Shown: piece by piece, positions 1 to 8,503 of the stretch
Position numbering within the stretch: the stretch's first letter is position 1
How the letters are laid out: each line of letters opens with the position of its first letter
Assembly (NCBI GenBank): GCA_963716475.1
Contig: OY970314.1
Coordinates: forward strand, 138,479 to 202,478
Direction: 5' to 3'
Length of the DNA: 64,000 nt
DNA from: Candidatus Woesebacteria bacterium
GTDB lineage: Bacteria > Patescibacteriota > Microgenomatia > UBA8517
The notes under the pieces: generated by a model
Seen by the model: the letters and a program-made list of their open reading frames with translations, nothing else
Told to the model about the DNA's origin: nothing
The model's database searches: none
Made by a program: the position numbers and the translations under genes

Positions 1-804
1 GACGGGGGAATATTTGATTTATATAAAGCAGTAATTAATAGATTGGGACCGGATTTGGGAATGGATGTTGAAGTTTGGGGAGATTTTCCTGCGGGAAGCG
101 GGTTAGGTTCTTCTTCTGCTGTTTGCGTGGCCTTTATTGCCGGAATGTTAAGGTTACAGAATGAAGATATTACAAAAGAAAAATTGGCCGGACTGGCGAT
201 AGAAATTGAGCGGGATATATTAAAAATCCCCGGAGGGTGGCAGGACCAATATGCGGCTTCTTTTGGGGGGTTTAATTTATTTGATTTTTTGCCAAGCGGT
301 AAAGTTAGAGTAAAGTCGCTGAATTTTTCAGGGAAGGACACCAAAAAACTGGCAAAGAATTTGATGTTTTTTTATATCGGAGCCAAGAGAAGCGAAAAGG
401 AACAGCAGGTAAGTTTACGAAGGAATATTAATTCTGGGAAAAGTTTAAAAAGTTTTGAAATATTAAAGGTCCTCACAAAGGGATCGATAGAATCAGTTAA
501 GAATGGTGATATGAAAAATTTAGGAAAAATTTTGTATCAGGTATGGCAGGCCAAAAAAGCGACAAGCGCAGATATTTCAAATACAAGAATTGACGATCTT
601 TGTGAATTAACAATGAAAAAAGGTGCCTATGGTTGCAAGGTTTTGGGAGCCGGCGGGGGCGGATGTCTTTTGGTCGTTGCTCCGCCTAAATCTCACTCTT
701 TAATTTCTAGAAACTTGAAAAAACGGGGAGTGATACCGCTTCCTTTGGTTTTTGATTGGCAGGGGGCTCAAGTAACATCAAATGAAAATCAAAAAATATA
801 TTGA
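1..804 (+). CDS. GHMP-family sugar kinase, probably D-glycero-D-manno-heptose 7-phosphate kinase (HddA-like); 5' end lies outside the window
   Basis: The frame is open from nt 1. It contains the PAGSGLGSSSA GHMP ATP-binding motif and a C-terminal GAGGGG. It is followed immediately by gmhA. Confidence 0.7.
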   Translation, partial: DGGIFDLYKAVINRLGPDLGMDVEVWGDFPAGSGLGSSSAVCVAFIAGMLRLQNEDITKEKLAGLAIEIERDILKIPGGWQDQYAASFGGFNLFDFLPSGKVRVKSLNFSGKDTKKLAKNLMFFYIGAKRSEKEQQVSLRRNINSGKSLKSFEILKVLTKGSIESVKNGDMKNLGKILYQVWQAKKATSADISNTRIDDLCELTMKKGAYGCKVLGAGGGGCLLVVAPPKSHSLISRNLKKRGVIPLPLVFDWQGAQVTSNENQKIY

Positions 805-1378
805 AAATAATTTTCTGGAAAGCCTAAAGGTTGAGAAAGATACTCTCAAAATTTGTTGGCCGAAAATAGTTGAAGCCGCTAGGGCAATTATCGACTGTTA
901 TTATAAAAGGGGCGGATCGGTTTTTACATTTGGTAACGGTGGTTCGGCAACCGATGCGGAACATTTAGCAGAAGAGCTTCTTAACCGTTTTAAAAATTAC
1001 AGAATTCCAATTTCGGCCTATGCACTCACTTCTCAACCTGCGATATTAACCGGGATTGCAAATGATTTCGGATTTGAAAAAATATTCTCGCGTCAACTTG
1101 AGGCCTTAGCGACGCCAAAAGATTTGATAATGGCTTTCTCAACCTCCGGAAATTCAAGGAATGTAATTAACGGAATTACGTTGGTAAAAAGTCGGGGGAT
1201 TAAAACAATTGGATTAACAGGTAAAGACGGGGGAGAGTTAGCTAGTCTTGCAGACATAGCCATAAAAGTTCCTTCAAATGAAGTTGCCAGAATTCAGGAA
1301 GTTCATACATTGATCGGTCATATAATTTGCGGTATCGTTGACGAAACACTTTTTGGTGAAGAAGGCCTTGAGTGGTAA
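782..1378 (+). CDS. gmhA: Phosphoheptose isomerase (SIS domain, sedoheptulose-7-phosphate isomerase)
   Basis: SIS-domain motifs GNGGSATDAEHLAEEL and STSGNS. 23-nt overlap with the upstream kinase, typical of heptose operons. Confidence 0.8.
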   Translation: MKIKKYIENNFLESLKVEKDTLKICWPKIVEAARAIIDCYYKRGGSVFTFGNGGSATDAEHLAEELLNRFKNYRIPISAYALTSQPAILTGIANDFGFEKIFSRQLEALATPKDLIMAFSTSGNSRNVINGITLVKSRGIKTIGLTGKDGGELASLADIAIKVPSNEVARIQEVHTLIGHIICGIVDETLFGEEGLEW

Positions 1379-1382
1379 TTAC

Positions 1383-2324
1383 ATGAGAATTCTAATAACG
1401 GGAGTAACCGGTTTAATAGGGAGCCATTTGGCAAAATTTGCGATTGCAAAAGGGCATATGGTTTGGGGGCTCCGAAGATTTAGAAGCGATAACAAAAATG
1501 TTCTCGAAATTCCAAAGCTCAAAGTTATAAATGGTGAAATAACCGACCCGACGTCAGTTGAAAGAGCTATTGTAATTTCTAAGCCCGATATAATTTTTCA
1601 TCTTGCCGGACAAAGTTATCCTTCGGAATCTTGGAATGCACCCGAATACACAATTAATGTCAACTTGACTGGGACTTTGAGAATCCTTGAGGCGGTAAGG
1701 GAAATGAAAAAACCCGCCAAAGTGTTTATCGCTTGTTCTTCGGCGGAATACGGACTAGCCAAAAAGCTTCCGACAACTGAAGATACTTTATTAAAACCGG
1801 TAAGTCCCTATGGTGTAAGTAAATTGGCGGCGGAGGCCTTAGGTTATCAATATTTTATCAATTATAAAATTCCGGTTTTTCTCGGCAGATTTTTTATTCA
1901 AGTTGGCCCCGGGCAGGACGAGAGGACTTCTATTCAAACTTTTTGCAAACAAATGGCTCTGATCGAAAATGGCAAATCAAAACCTATTATTAGCATTGGG
2001 AATTTGAAACCAAAGCGAGATTTTTTGGATGTTAGAGACGGAGTTGCCGCTGTCTGGTCTATTGTTACAAAAGGGAGTCCCGGAGAGCCCTACAATATTT
2101 GTTCAGGGAAAGCGCCTCAGATGAAAGAAGTTTTAAAAATGGTAATTTCAAAGGGAAAAGTCAAGGTCGAAGTTAGGGTAGACCCGACGAGACTTAGGCC
2201 AACTGATGAACCGGTGATTTGGGGTTCAAATGCAAAGATATTTAGAGATACAGACTGGAAACCGAAAGTCGCTCTTTCCGATACCATCTCTTGGGTACTA
2301 GACTATTGGCGTTCCCGAGTATAA
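1383..2324 (+). CDS. NAD-dependent sugar-nucleotide epimerase/dehydratase (SDR family)
   Basis: Rossmann GVTGLIGSH at the N-terminus (start taken at the internal MRILITG). Catalytic YxxxK in SPYGVSKLAAE. Sits in the heptose cluster. Confidence 0.75.
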   Translation: MRILITGVTGLIGSHLAKFAIAKGHMVWGLRRFRSDNKNVLEIPKLKVINGEITDPTSVERAIVISKPDIIFHLAGQSYPSESWNAPEYTINVNLTGTLRILEAVREMKKPAKVFIACSSAEYGLAKKLPTTEDTLLKPVSPYGVSKLAAEALGYQYFINYKIPVFLGRFFIQVGPGQDERTSIQTFCKQMALIENGKSKPIISIGNLKPKRDFLDVRDGVAAVWSIVTKGSPGEPYNICSGKAPQMKEVLKMVISKGKVKVEVRVDPTRLRPTDEPVIWGSNAKIFRDTDWKPKVALSDTISWVLDYWRSRV

Positions 2325-2337
2325 ACACCTCCGTAAT

Positions 2338-3027
2338 TTAATAGCAGGCTTCAAAGTAGATTTTTTTGAGGGGAAATTTTTCTTTGTCGAGTCCCTTAGT
2401 TGATTCTTTAACAAAATCTCTGGAGCCGCTCAGATATATTCCCGTTGTTTCTTTATCGAACTTTTTTGCTTTTTGCACAATCGAAAAGGTGGCGTGTCCT
2501 CCTTTGCCTTCCCAATTTTTGTCGGGTTTGGACAAAACTATTTCGAAAGAAAAGTTAGGATAGGTCATACTTAGAGAAGTGAGCATTTTGGTCAAAGCAA
2601 TGTCCTTATTAAACCTTAAACCCCAAACGAGAGACACTTTTTTATCTGTATTTTTCAAAAGCTCAGAGATCATTGGGATGAAAGGAGCGATACCACACCC
2701 GGTTGCACCGAAAATGTAATTATTCATTTTACGGCTTAAGATAAATTGACCTTTTGGTTCTGAAGTTTCGACGGTTTGTCCTTTTTTAAGAGATTTAAGA
2801 AAAGTCGTTCCGGGGCCCCCCGGAGTTACATCGATAAACATATTCCAGTAGGGGAGCTGCTCCGGTTCGCTGGCAATAGAATATGACCTAAAAATATTGT
2901 CACCGACTTTTGTCAGCACAAATTGGCCGGTCTTAAAAGAGAAATTCTTACTATTAGATTTCAATTTTATTGAGTGGAACTTCGAATTAAGTTTCTGATT
3001 AGATATTACATTGTGCTGAAAAATCAT
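2338..3027 (-). CDS. Ferredoxin-NADP reductase-like FAD/NAD(P)-binding oxidoreductase
   Basis: RSYSIAS (RxYS FAD-binding motif), GxGxAP-like GATGCGIAPF NAD-binding motif, and the FNR-family two-domain length. Confidence 0.65.
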   Translation of the reverse strand: MIFQHNVISNQKLNSKFHSIKLKSNSKNFSFKTGQFVLTKVGDNIFRSYSIASEPEQLPYWNMFIDVTPGGPGTTFLKSLKKGQTVETSEPKGQFILSRKMNNYIFGATGCGIAPFIPMISELLKNTDKKVSLVWGLRFNKDIALTKMLTSLSMTYPNFSFEIVLSKPDKNWEGKGGHATFSIVQKAKKFDKETTGIYLSGSRDFVKESTKGLDKEKFPLKKIYFEACY

Positions 3028-3030
3028 ATA

Positions 3031-3061
3031 TTGACATTAATCTATATATCGTTTATTGTCA
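3031..3061. promoter_or_regulatory. Inverted repeat TTGACA-N19-TGTCAA in the divergent promoter between the FNR-like gene and the ArsR regulator; candidate operator and -35 elements
   Basis: Perfect 6-bp arms seen in the sequence, 6 nt upstream of the ArsR start codon (3067). Confidence 0.4.
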
Positions 3062-3066
3062 ATATC

Positions 3067-3333
3067 ATGCATTTCTCTTCGCAGTGTTCGGGGTGCTTCG
3101 CGGGACTTTCATGCGGTGTAAGGCTAGATATTGTTAATTTGCTTCAAAAAAAGAAAAAACTAAGTGTTTTGGAGATTGCCAAGCATTTTAAGGTAACGCA
3201 ACCTACGATTTCGCATCACTTAATTTATCTTAAGGAGATGGGAATATTAAGATCCCGCCGGGAAGGAAGAAAAATTTTTTATTCCATTCACCCAAAGTGT
3301 GGATGGGATGAATGCTCCGTTTTTATTCAATGA
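3067..3333 (+). CDS. ArsR/SmtB-family winged-helix transcriptional regulator with a Cys-rich N-terminus
   Basis: HTH region LSVLEIAKHFKVTQPTISHHLIYLKEMGIL typical of ArsR. N-terminal CSGCFAGLSC. Start chosen at the internal ATG at 3067 (the track ORF starts at 2974). Confidence 0.7.
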   Translation: MHFSSQCSGCFAGLSCGVRLDIVNLLQKKKKLSVLEIAKHFKVTQPTISHHLIYLKEMGILRSRREGRKIFYSIHPKCGWDECSVFIQ

Positions 3334-4490
3334 AGACAATATATCTTGACAATGCGGCAACAACCGCCGTTTCACCCGAAGTATTTCTGGCGATGAAGCC
3401 GTATTTTTTGGAAAAGTATGGAAACGCCTCGGAGTTTCACTTGCCGGGAAGAGTTGCCAGAGAAGCCATTGAAAAATCGAGAACGAAAATTGCCAAATTT
3501 TTAGGAGCCGAGGTAAATGAGATTATTTTTACGGGGAGTGCAACAGAATCAATTAACTTATCCCATAAAGGACTTATAGAATCTCTTCGGGCAACTCTGA
3601 AAAACCCGCATATTATTACGACAGCAGTTGAACACAAGGCGGTACTTGCAACCTGCCGGCACCTGGAATCAATCGGTTGGGCGACGGTTACATATCTTCC
3701 TGTTGACCACTTTGGACGGGTTGATGTGGAACTTTTGAAAAGAGCCGTAACCGGTCAAACTGTTTTAGTTTCTGTAGGTTATGTGAATAATGAAGTCGGG
3801 ACCATCCAACCGATTTCCGAAATCGGGAATCTGATAAGAAGGATAAATATCGGCAGAAAAAATAAAATATATTTTCATACAGACGCAACCCAGGCAATTA
3901 AACATCTGGATGTTTCGGTGGACCGTCTGGGAGTAGATTTCTTGTCTTTTACGGGACATAAAATAAATGCTCCGAAGGGAATCGGAGCCCTATTTATACG
4001 GGAAGGAGTAGAAATAGTCAGGCAGATGGATGGCGGGAGCCAGGAAGATGGTCTTCGGGCGAGTACGGAAAATGTTCCCTACATAGTCGGATTGGGAAAG
4101 GCTATCGAGCAGATTAAAAAAAGTGAGAAAATTACTTCTTTACGCGACACATTAATTAAAGGTATTTTAGAAATTAAAGGTGTTAAATTAACAGGACATC
4201 CGACCAAAAGGGCCCCGCACATAGCCTCATTTGTCATTGACGGAGTTGAGGGAGAGGCGATGGTTTTATCGTTGAGCGACCTGGGAATTATTGTCTCATC
4301 CGGCTCAGCTTGCACGAGCGGAGACCTGCGACCGTCGCATGTTTTAACGGCAATGGGATTGCCACCGGAAAAATCGCACGGTTCCTTGAGATTTTCCCTG
4401 GATGAAAGTACTACTCGGGCAGACGTAACCTATGTTTTGGAAAAACTTCCCGGAATAATTAAAAACTTAAGACTTATGTCGCCATTTTAA
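3330..4490 (+). CDS. iscS: Cysteine desulfurase, class I (IscS/NifS type)
   Basis: PLP-lysine motif SFTGHKINAPKGIGALF, catalytic-loop SSGSACTSG, adjacent to iscU. Whether this is iscS or nifS is not resolved. Confidence 0.85.
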   Translation: MKTIYLDNAATTAVSPEVFLAMKPYFLEKYGNASEFHLPGRVAREAIEKSRTKIAKFLGAEVNEIIFTGSATESINLSHKGLIESLRATLKNPHIITTAVEHKAVLATCRHLESIGWATVTYLPVDHFGRVDVELLKRAVTGQTVLVSVGYVNNEVGTIQPISEIGNLIRRINIGRKNKIYFHTDATQAIKHLDVSVDRLGVDFLSFTGHKINAPKGIGALFIREGVEIVRQMDGGSQEDGLRASTENVPYIVGLGKAIEQIKKSEKITSLRDTLIKGILEIKGVKLTGHPTKRAPHIASFVIDGVEGEAMVLSLSDLGIIVSSGSACTSGDLRPSHVLTAMGLPPEKSHGSLRFSLDESTTRADVTYVLEKLPGIIKNLRLMSPF

Positions 4491-4495
4491 AATTT

Positions 4496-4903
4496 ATGGA
4501 TCAAATTTTTAACAATCTTTATTCAAAAAAAGTAATTGACCATTTCAGACATCCGCGGAATATGGGAATGATCAAAAACGCGGACGGTGTTGCAATGGTG
4601 GGGAATCCGGTTTGCGGAGATATTATGAAATTTTACATTAAGGTTGAAAAGAAAAAGGGGACTTCCTATCTCAAGGATGTGAAGTTCCAGACACTAGGCT
4701 GCGGGGCAGCGATAGCGACTTCAAGCATGATGACAGTCCTTGTTAAAGGAAAGAAATTGTCCGAGGCCGAAGAGGTTTCGAAAAAAGCAATAGTGGAAGC
4801 TTTGGGGGGCCTGCCGGCCGTAAAAATTCATTGTTCGGTACTGGCAGACGAGGGATTAAAAAAGGCAATTGCTAATTATAAGTTGAAAGAGGCAAGAGAT
4901 TAA
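4496..4903 (+). CDS. iscU: Fe-S cluster assembly scaffold IscU/NifU N-terminal-domain protein
   Basis: Three conserved Cys (GNPVCGD, LGCGAAIA, HCSVLA) and typical length. Confidence 0.85.
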   Translation: MDQIFNNLYSKKVIDHFRHPRNMGMIKNADGVAMVGNPVCGDIMKFYIKVEKKKGTSYLKDVKFQTLGCGAAIATSSMMTVLVKGKKLSEAEEVSKKAIVEALGGLPAVKIHCSVLADEGLKKAIANYKLKEARD

Positions 4904-4931
4904 AGAATCTCCGCTAGATGAACACAGGGAA

Positions 4932-6002
4932 TTGTTATATATTGAATCTATGCTGCCAGCCTTAAAACATTTCATCAAGTATCACCTCGACAGACAAAGA
5001 CTACTTTACACGAGCCTAATTGTTGTTTTTGCGACTCTATCAATGTCACTTTATTGGGTCGCACTTAAGGAGACCCGTGTTACTTTAAGTGATGAGTTTC
5101 TTCATCGGGAGCAGGTAATTGCAAGGTCGGGTAGCCAATCTATTTCTGGGTTTATTAATCTTCTTGGTAAAAGTGTAGCACTTAGAGCGGAAGATTTTTC
5201 TGCGGGTTCAAACTTGAATGATATGCAGACTGACATAAATACTTTTATGGATCATTGGAGGGATACTCCGGCTGCTGCCATTCTTCTGGCTGATAAAAAT
5301 GGGAAAGTCATTGCCCAAGCAAACAGGGCTGGAGTTCCCGATACAGGCAGTATTCTTGCAGATAAGCTATTTTTTAATTGGGCAAAGACTGCAAATAAAG
5401 GAGAATACTTCATTGGATCTCCCGGAGTGGGGATGCTCGGATACGTTAAAGGAAAATATATCTTTAATGTTGCATCACCGGTGGTTGTAAACGGGAAATT
5501 TAACGGAGTAATTTCTGTAGCAGTAATTTTAGGCGATCTTACTGATTATTACATCACCCCCATTAAAATATCTGATAGTACCAGGATGTTTTTGTTTGAT
5601 CAAAACGGTATCGTTCTTAGTTCTTTGGCAAGCAATCTGGTTGGGACAAATTACTTTGACTTCTTATCGGGATACTCCTATCCGGGTTTAGATAAAATTG
5701 TCAGTGAACTTAGAATGGCCATGATATCATCCGACAGTGAGGGCAAGCTTGATATCAGCCTGCCTGACTCCCTAACCCCCACGACTGTGGGTGAGTTTCT
5801 TGTTGCCTATTCGAAAGTGAAAGCCGGGGACAATAGTTGGCTACTCGTTATCAAATCTCCGAAAAGCGACTCCGATGCATATCTTTGGAGAATTAGAGAT
5901 GTTATTTATAGCGCTCTAGTTTTTACACTGGTTCTTGTATTATTATTCTCAATAACTAATCTGCGGGCCGAGATACATCGAAGGAAGCAAAACTCAACCT
6001 GA
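4932..6002 (+). CDS. Hypothetical membrane protein with a large extracytoplasmic Cache-like sensor domain flanked by two TM helices and no output domain
   Basis: N-terminal TM (LIVVFATLSMSLYWVAL), about 270 aa of non-hydrophobic domain, a C-terminal TM (VIYSALVFTLVLVLLF) and an 11-aa basic tail. Confidence 0.5.
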   Translation: MLYIESMLPALKHFIKYHLDRQRLLYTSLIVVFATLSMSLYWVALKETRVTLSDEFLHREQVIARSGSQSISGFINLLGKSVALRAEDFSAGSNLNDMQTDINTFMDHWRDTPAAAILLADKNGKVIAQANRAGVPDTGSILADKLFFNWAKTANKGEYFIGSPGVGMLGYVKGKYIFNVASPVVVNGKFNGVISVAVILGDLTDYYITPIKISDSTRMFLFDQNGIVLSSLASNLVGTNYFDFLSGYSYPGLDKIVSELRMAMISSDSEGKLDISLPDSLTPTTVGEFLVAYSKVKAGDNSWLLVIKSPKSDSDAYLWRIRDVIYSALVFTLVLVLLFSITNLRAEIHRRKQNST

Positions 6003-6006
6003 TCAT

Positions 6007-6258
6007 ATGATACAGCAAAATCCTCTTTGGTTTAGGGCTCTCAGGATGATTATTAAGCTTCTGATACCCTTAATATTCTTAACAACGGGTCTGGCTCTCC
6101 TGTATTTAGCAATCCCAGGGTGGAGTTTGATAGTCGGAATTCCCTCCGTAATCTTTGGTATAGTTTTCCTTTTATATACCTATGACGAGATATCCAGCCA
6201 GTCCAATTTTGATGAAGGGTTGGAAAACGGGAAACATCAAAAAGAATTGCTTCAATAG
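6007..6258 (+). CDS. Small two-TM membrane protein, hypothetical
   Basis: Two hydrophobic helices (LLIPLIFLTTGLALLYLAI, IVGIPSVIFGIVFLLY). Tightly follows the previous gene. Confidence 0.4.
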   Translation: MIQQNPLWFRALRMIIKLLIPLIFLTTGLALLYLAIPGWSLIVGIPSVIFGIVFLLYTYDEISSQSNFDEGLENGKHQKELLQ

Positions 6259-6315
6259 GTTGGTGATTTCGTACCCCAAATGATATAATATGCCTACTTT
6301 CAAGAAATTTATCCC

Positions 6316-7206
6316 ATGCGAAAACTAATAGTCCTATTGTTTTTGGTGGTATTGGCTGTTGGAGTACTTAAGCCGATGGGGGTGCTTGCCGTGGTTTCTT
6401 CCCGCACCCCTGCGCCTACGCCGACCCCAACACCAATGGCTCTTGTCACGCCCGAGCCGGCCCGCGTGGATATTACCCAAAAAAGTGTGGAAACCTTAGG
6501 CCCTCTGGAGAAACTCCTTAAGGAGCAGACACTGGGTTCAGTTTGGCCGTTGAACCCTGTTAAATATGCGATTCGTTCGTCAGTTGCTTCCGGAGTTCCT
6601 GCAAATACGATAGTTTTACTTTTGCTTTTACCGATAGTTGCTTTTGTTATTGCCTTTACAAGGAACGTAATCGGAATTAGGGGGTTCGGAATTTTTCTTC
6701 CCGCCGCTTTATCTGTTGTTTTTGTAGCCATGGGGCCAATTGTCGGAATAGGACTTTTTTTGGTAATTGTCATAGTCTCCACTGCCATGAGGATGATTCT
6801 TAGAAAACTAAAGGTTAAACTCCAATACCTACCCAGGATGGCTTTTATTCTTTGGGCGGTGGTACTCGGGGTTTTGGGAGTTCTTTTCCTGGCTCCGGTT
6901 CTGAAGTTTTCGGATCTTGCCAACGTTTCTATTTTTGCGGTCCTTTTCCTGGTGCTTTTGGCAGAGGACTTTACCCGCGTTCAGCTGGGTAAGAGCGTCA
7001 AAACAGCCATAAATCTAACCTTTGAAACACTAATATTATCTTTAATTTCGTTCCTATTTCTTACTTTCCAGCCGCTGCAAAGATATGTACTTCTTAACCC
7101 TGAAATATCCCTTTTGGTAATTGCTGTGGCCGATCTTCTTCTTGGAAAATATACCGGCCTCAGGGTTATGGAGTTTTACAGATTCAGAAAGCTTATCAGA
7201 AGCTAA
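6316..7206 (+). CDS. Polytopic membrane protein (signal-anchor, Pro/Thr linker, then 7 TM helices); resembles the 7TM module found with RimK-like ligase/retropepsin systems
   Basis: Hydrophobicity pattern shows one N-terminal helix, a TPAPTPTPTP linker, then seven helices. The stop lies 4 nt before the ATP-grasp gene start. Confidence 0.6.
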   Translation: MRKLIVLLFLVVLAVGVLKPMGVLAVVSSRTPAPTPTPTPMALVTPEPARVDITQKSVETLGPLEKLLKEQTLGSVWPLNPVKYAIRSSVASGVPANTIVLLLLLPIVAFVIAFTRNVIGIRGFGIFLPAALSVVFVAMGPIVGIGLFLVIVIVSTAMRMILRKLKVKLQYLPRMAFILWAVVLGVLGVLFLAPVLKFSDLANVSIFAVLFLVLLAEDFTRVQLGKSVKTAINLTFETLILSLISFLFLTFQPLQRYVLLNPEISLLVIAVADLLLGKYTGLRVMEFYRFRKLIRS

Positions 7207-7210
7207 AAAA

Positions 7211-8503
7211 ATGAAAATATCCTCAATTTTGGGGTTAAATGCCAGAACTCAGTTATTTGCCTATAGGTATAATACTAAACGTGGAAAAGATATTGCTGAT
7301 TCCAAGATTCAGACAACCAGAATCTTGAGAAAAGCCGGAGTAGCGCACCCCAAAATTTACAAGAAGTTTTTTGATCCTAATGATGTCTTTGAATTTGACT
7401 GGACAACCCTCCCGGATAAATTTGCTCTTAAGCCCAGCCGGGGAATGGGAGGGGAAGGAATAATAGTTGTTAAGAAACGTTTGAAGGATGGAGGGTGGTT
7501 AACTACGCAGAAAGACCGAATTAAGATTGACGATCTGAAGCTCCACGTATTGGACACTCTGGAAGGAGCATATTCTATGGGAAACGTACCCGATGTTGCT
7601 TTCGTTCAGGAATATGTAGGGAGGGCTAAAGCCTTCAGAAGGTGGGCCTACAGGGGAACCCCTGACATCCGTATTATTGTGTTTAATAAGGTTCCTGTAA
7701 TGGCCATGCTTCGTTTACCGACTAGAGAAAGCGGTGGAAGGGCTAATTTGCATCAGGGGGCTATTGGTGTGGGTGTTGACATCGCTACAGGCATTACTAC
7801 AAAGGCAATCTGGCACGGTGAACAAATTATATTTAAGCCCGGTACGGAAAGAAAACTTAGGGGAATAAAAATTCCCAGCTGGACGTTGGTTTTGGAAACC
7901 GCCGTTGCTGCACAAATTGCTTCGGGACTTGGGTATGCAGGGGTGGACATCGTGATTCACCCGGAAAAGGGGCCGATGGTACTAGAGCTTAATGCGCAGC
8001 CCGGACTTCAGATACAACTAGCCAATATGGAGGGTCTTAAAAAACGACTGGAGCGGGTGGAAGACCTTGACGTTGTTGATGCACAACATGGGGTTATGAT
8101 TGCCAAAGCAATATTCGCCGGGAGATTTGAAAACAGGAGAGCAGTAGAGGAAGGAATAAAAACCCTTAAAAGTTTGGAAGAAGTTAAGATTTACAGTTTT
8201 GATAAATCCAAAAAAGCGAAGGTTTTGGCCCGTATCGATACGGGGGCCGTAAGAAGCTCCATCGATAAAAAACTTGCTGGAGAGTTAGGACTCTTGGTTA
8301 AAGAGAATGTATTGTGGAAAGACAGGGGGTATAGATCTGCAACAGGTCGGGAAACACGTCCTGTAATAGGAGTACAGTATGTGATAGCCGGCAAAAAAAT
8401 CAAGTCCTCAGTATCCGTTGCCGATAGGTCGAAAATGTCAACCCGGTTTCTCATAGGAAGGAGCGATATGGCAGGGTTTTTAATTAATCCAAACGCGGAA
8501 TGA
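7211..8503 (+). CDS. Alpha-L-glutamate ligase-like (RimK-related) ATP-grasp enzyme fused to a C-terminal retropepsin-like aspartyl-protease domain (DUF785, the mis-named ATP-dependent zinc protease family)
   Basis: N-terminal ILGLNARTQLFAYRYN...DSKIQTTRIL resembles the RimK-related E-ligase family. ATP-grasp core KPSRGMGGEGIIVV...VLELNAQPG. C-terminal KAKVLARIDTGAVRSS...RPVIG...VADRSKMSTRFLIGRSDMAGF matches the retropepsin-like DTGA fold. Start moved to the ATG at 7211. Confidence 0.75.
   Translation: MKISSILGLNARTQLFAYRYNTKRGKDIADSKIQTTRILRKAGVAHPKIYKKFFDPNDVFEFDWTTLPDKFALKPSRGMGGEGIIVVKKRLKDGGWLTTQKDRIKIDDLKLHVLDTLEGAYSMGNVPDVAFVQEYVGRAKAFRRWAYRGTPDIRIIVFNKVPVMAMLRLPTRESGGRANLHQGAIGVGVDIATGITTKAIWHGEQIIFKPGTERKLRGIKIPSWTLVLETAVAAQIASGLGYAGVDIVIHPEKGPMVLELNAQPGLQIQLANMEGLKKRLERVEDLDVVDAQHGVMIAKAIFAGRFENRRAVEEGIKTLKSLEEVKIYSFDKSKKAKVLARIDTGAVRSSIDKKLAGELGLLVKENVLWKDRGYRSATGRETRPVIGVQYVIAGKKIKSSVSVADRSKMSTRFLIGRSDMAGFLINPNAE

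Noticed and set aside
6309-6923. 204-aa minus-strand ORF antisense to the 7TM gene
   Set aside because: It overlaps the better-supported plus-strand membrane protein that is operonic with the ligase genes. Its translation is low-complexity Thr/Gly-rich, the mirror of the PT linker.
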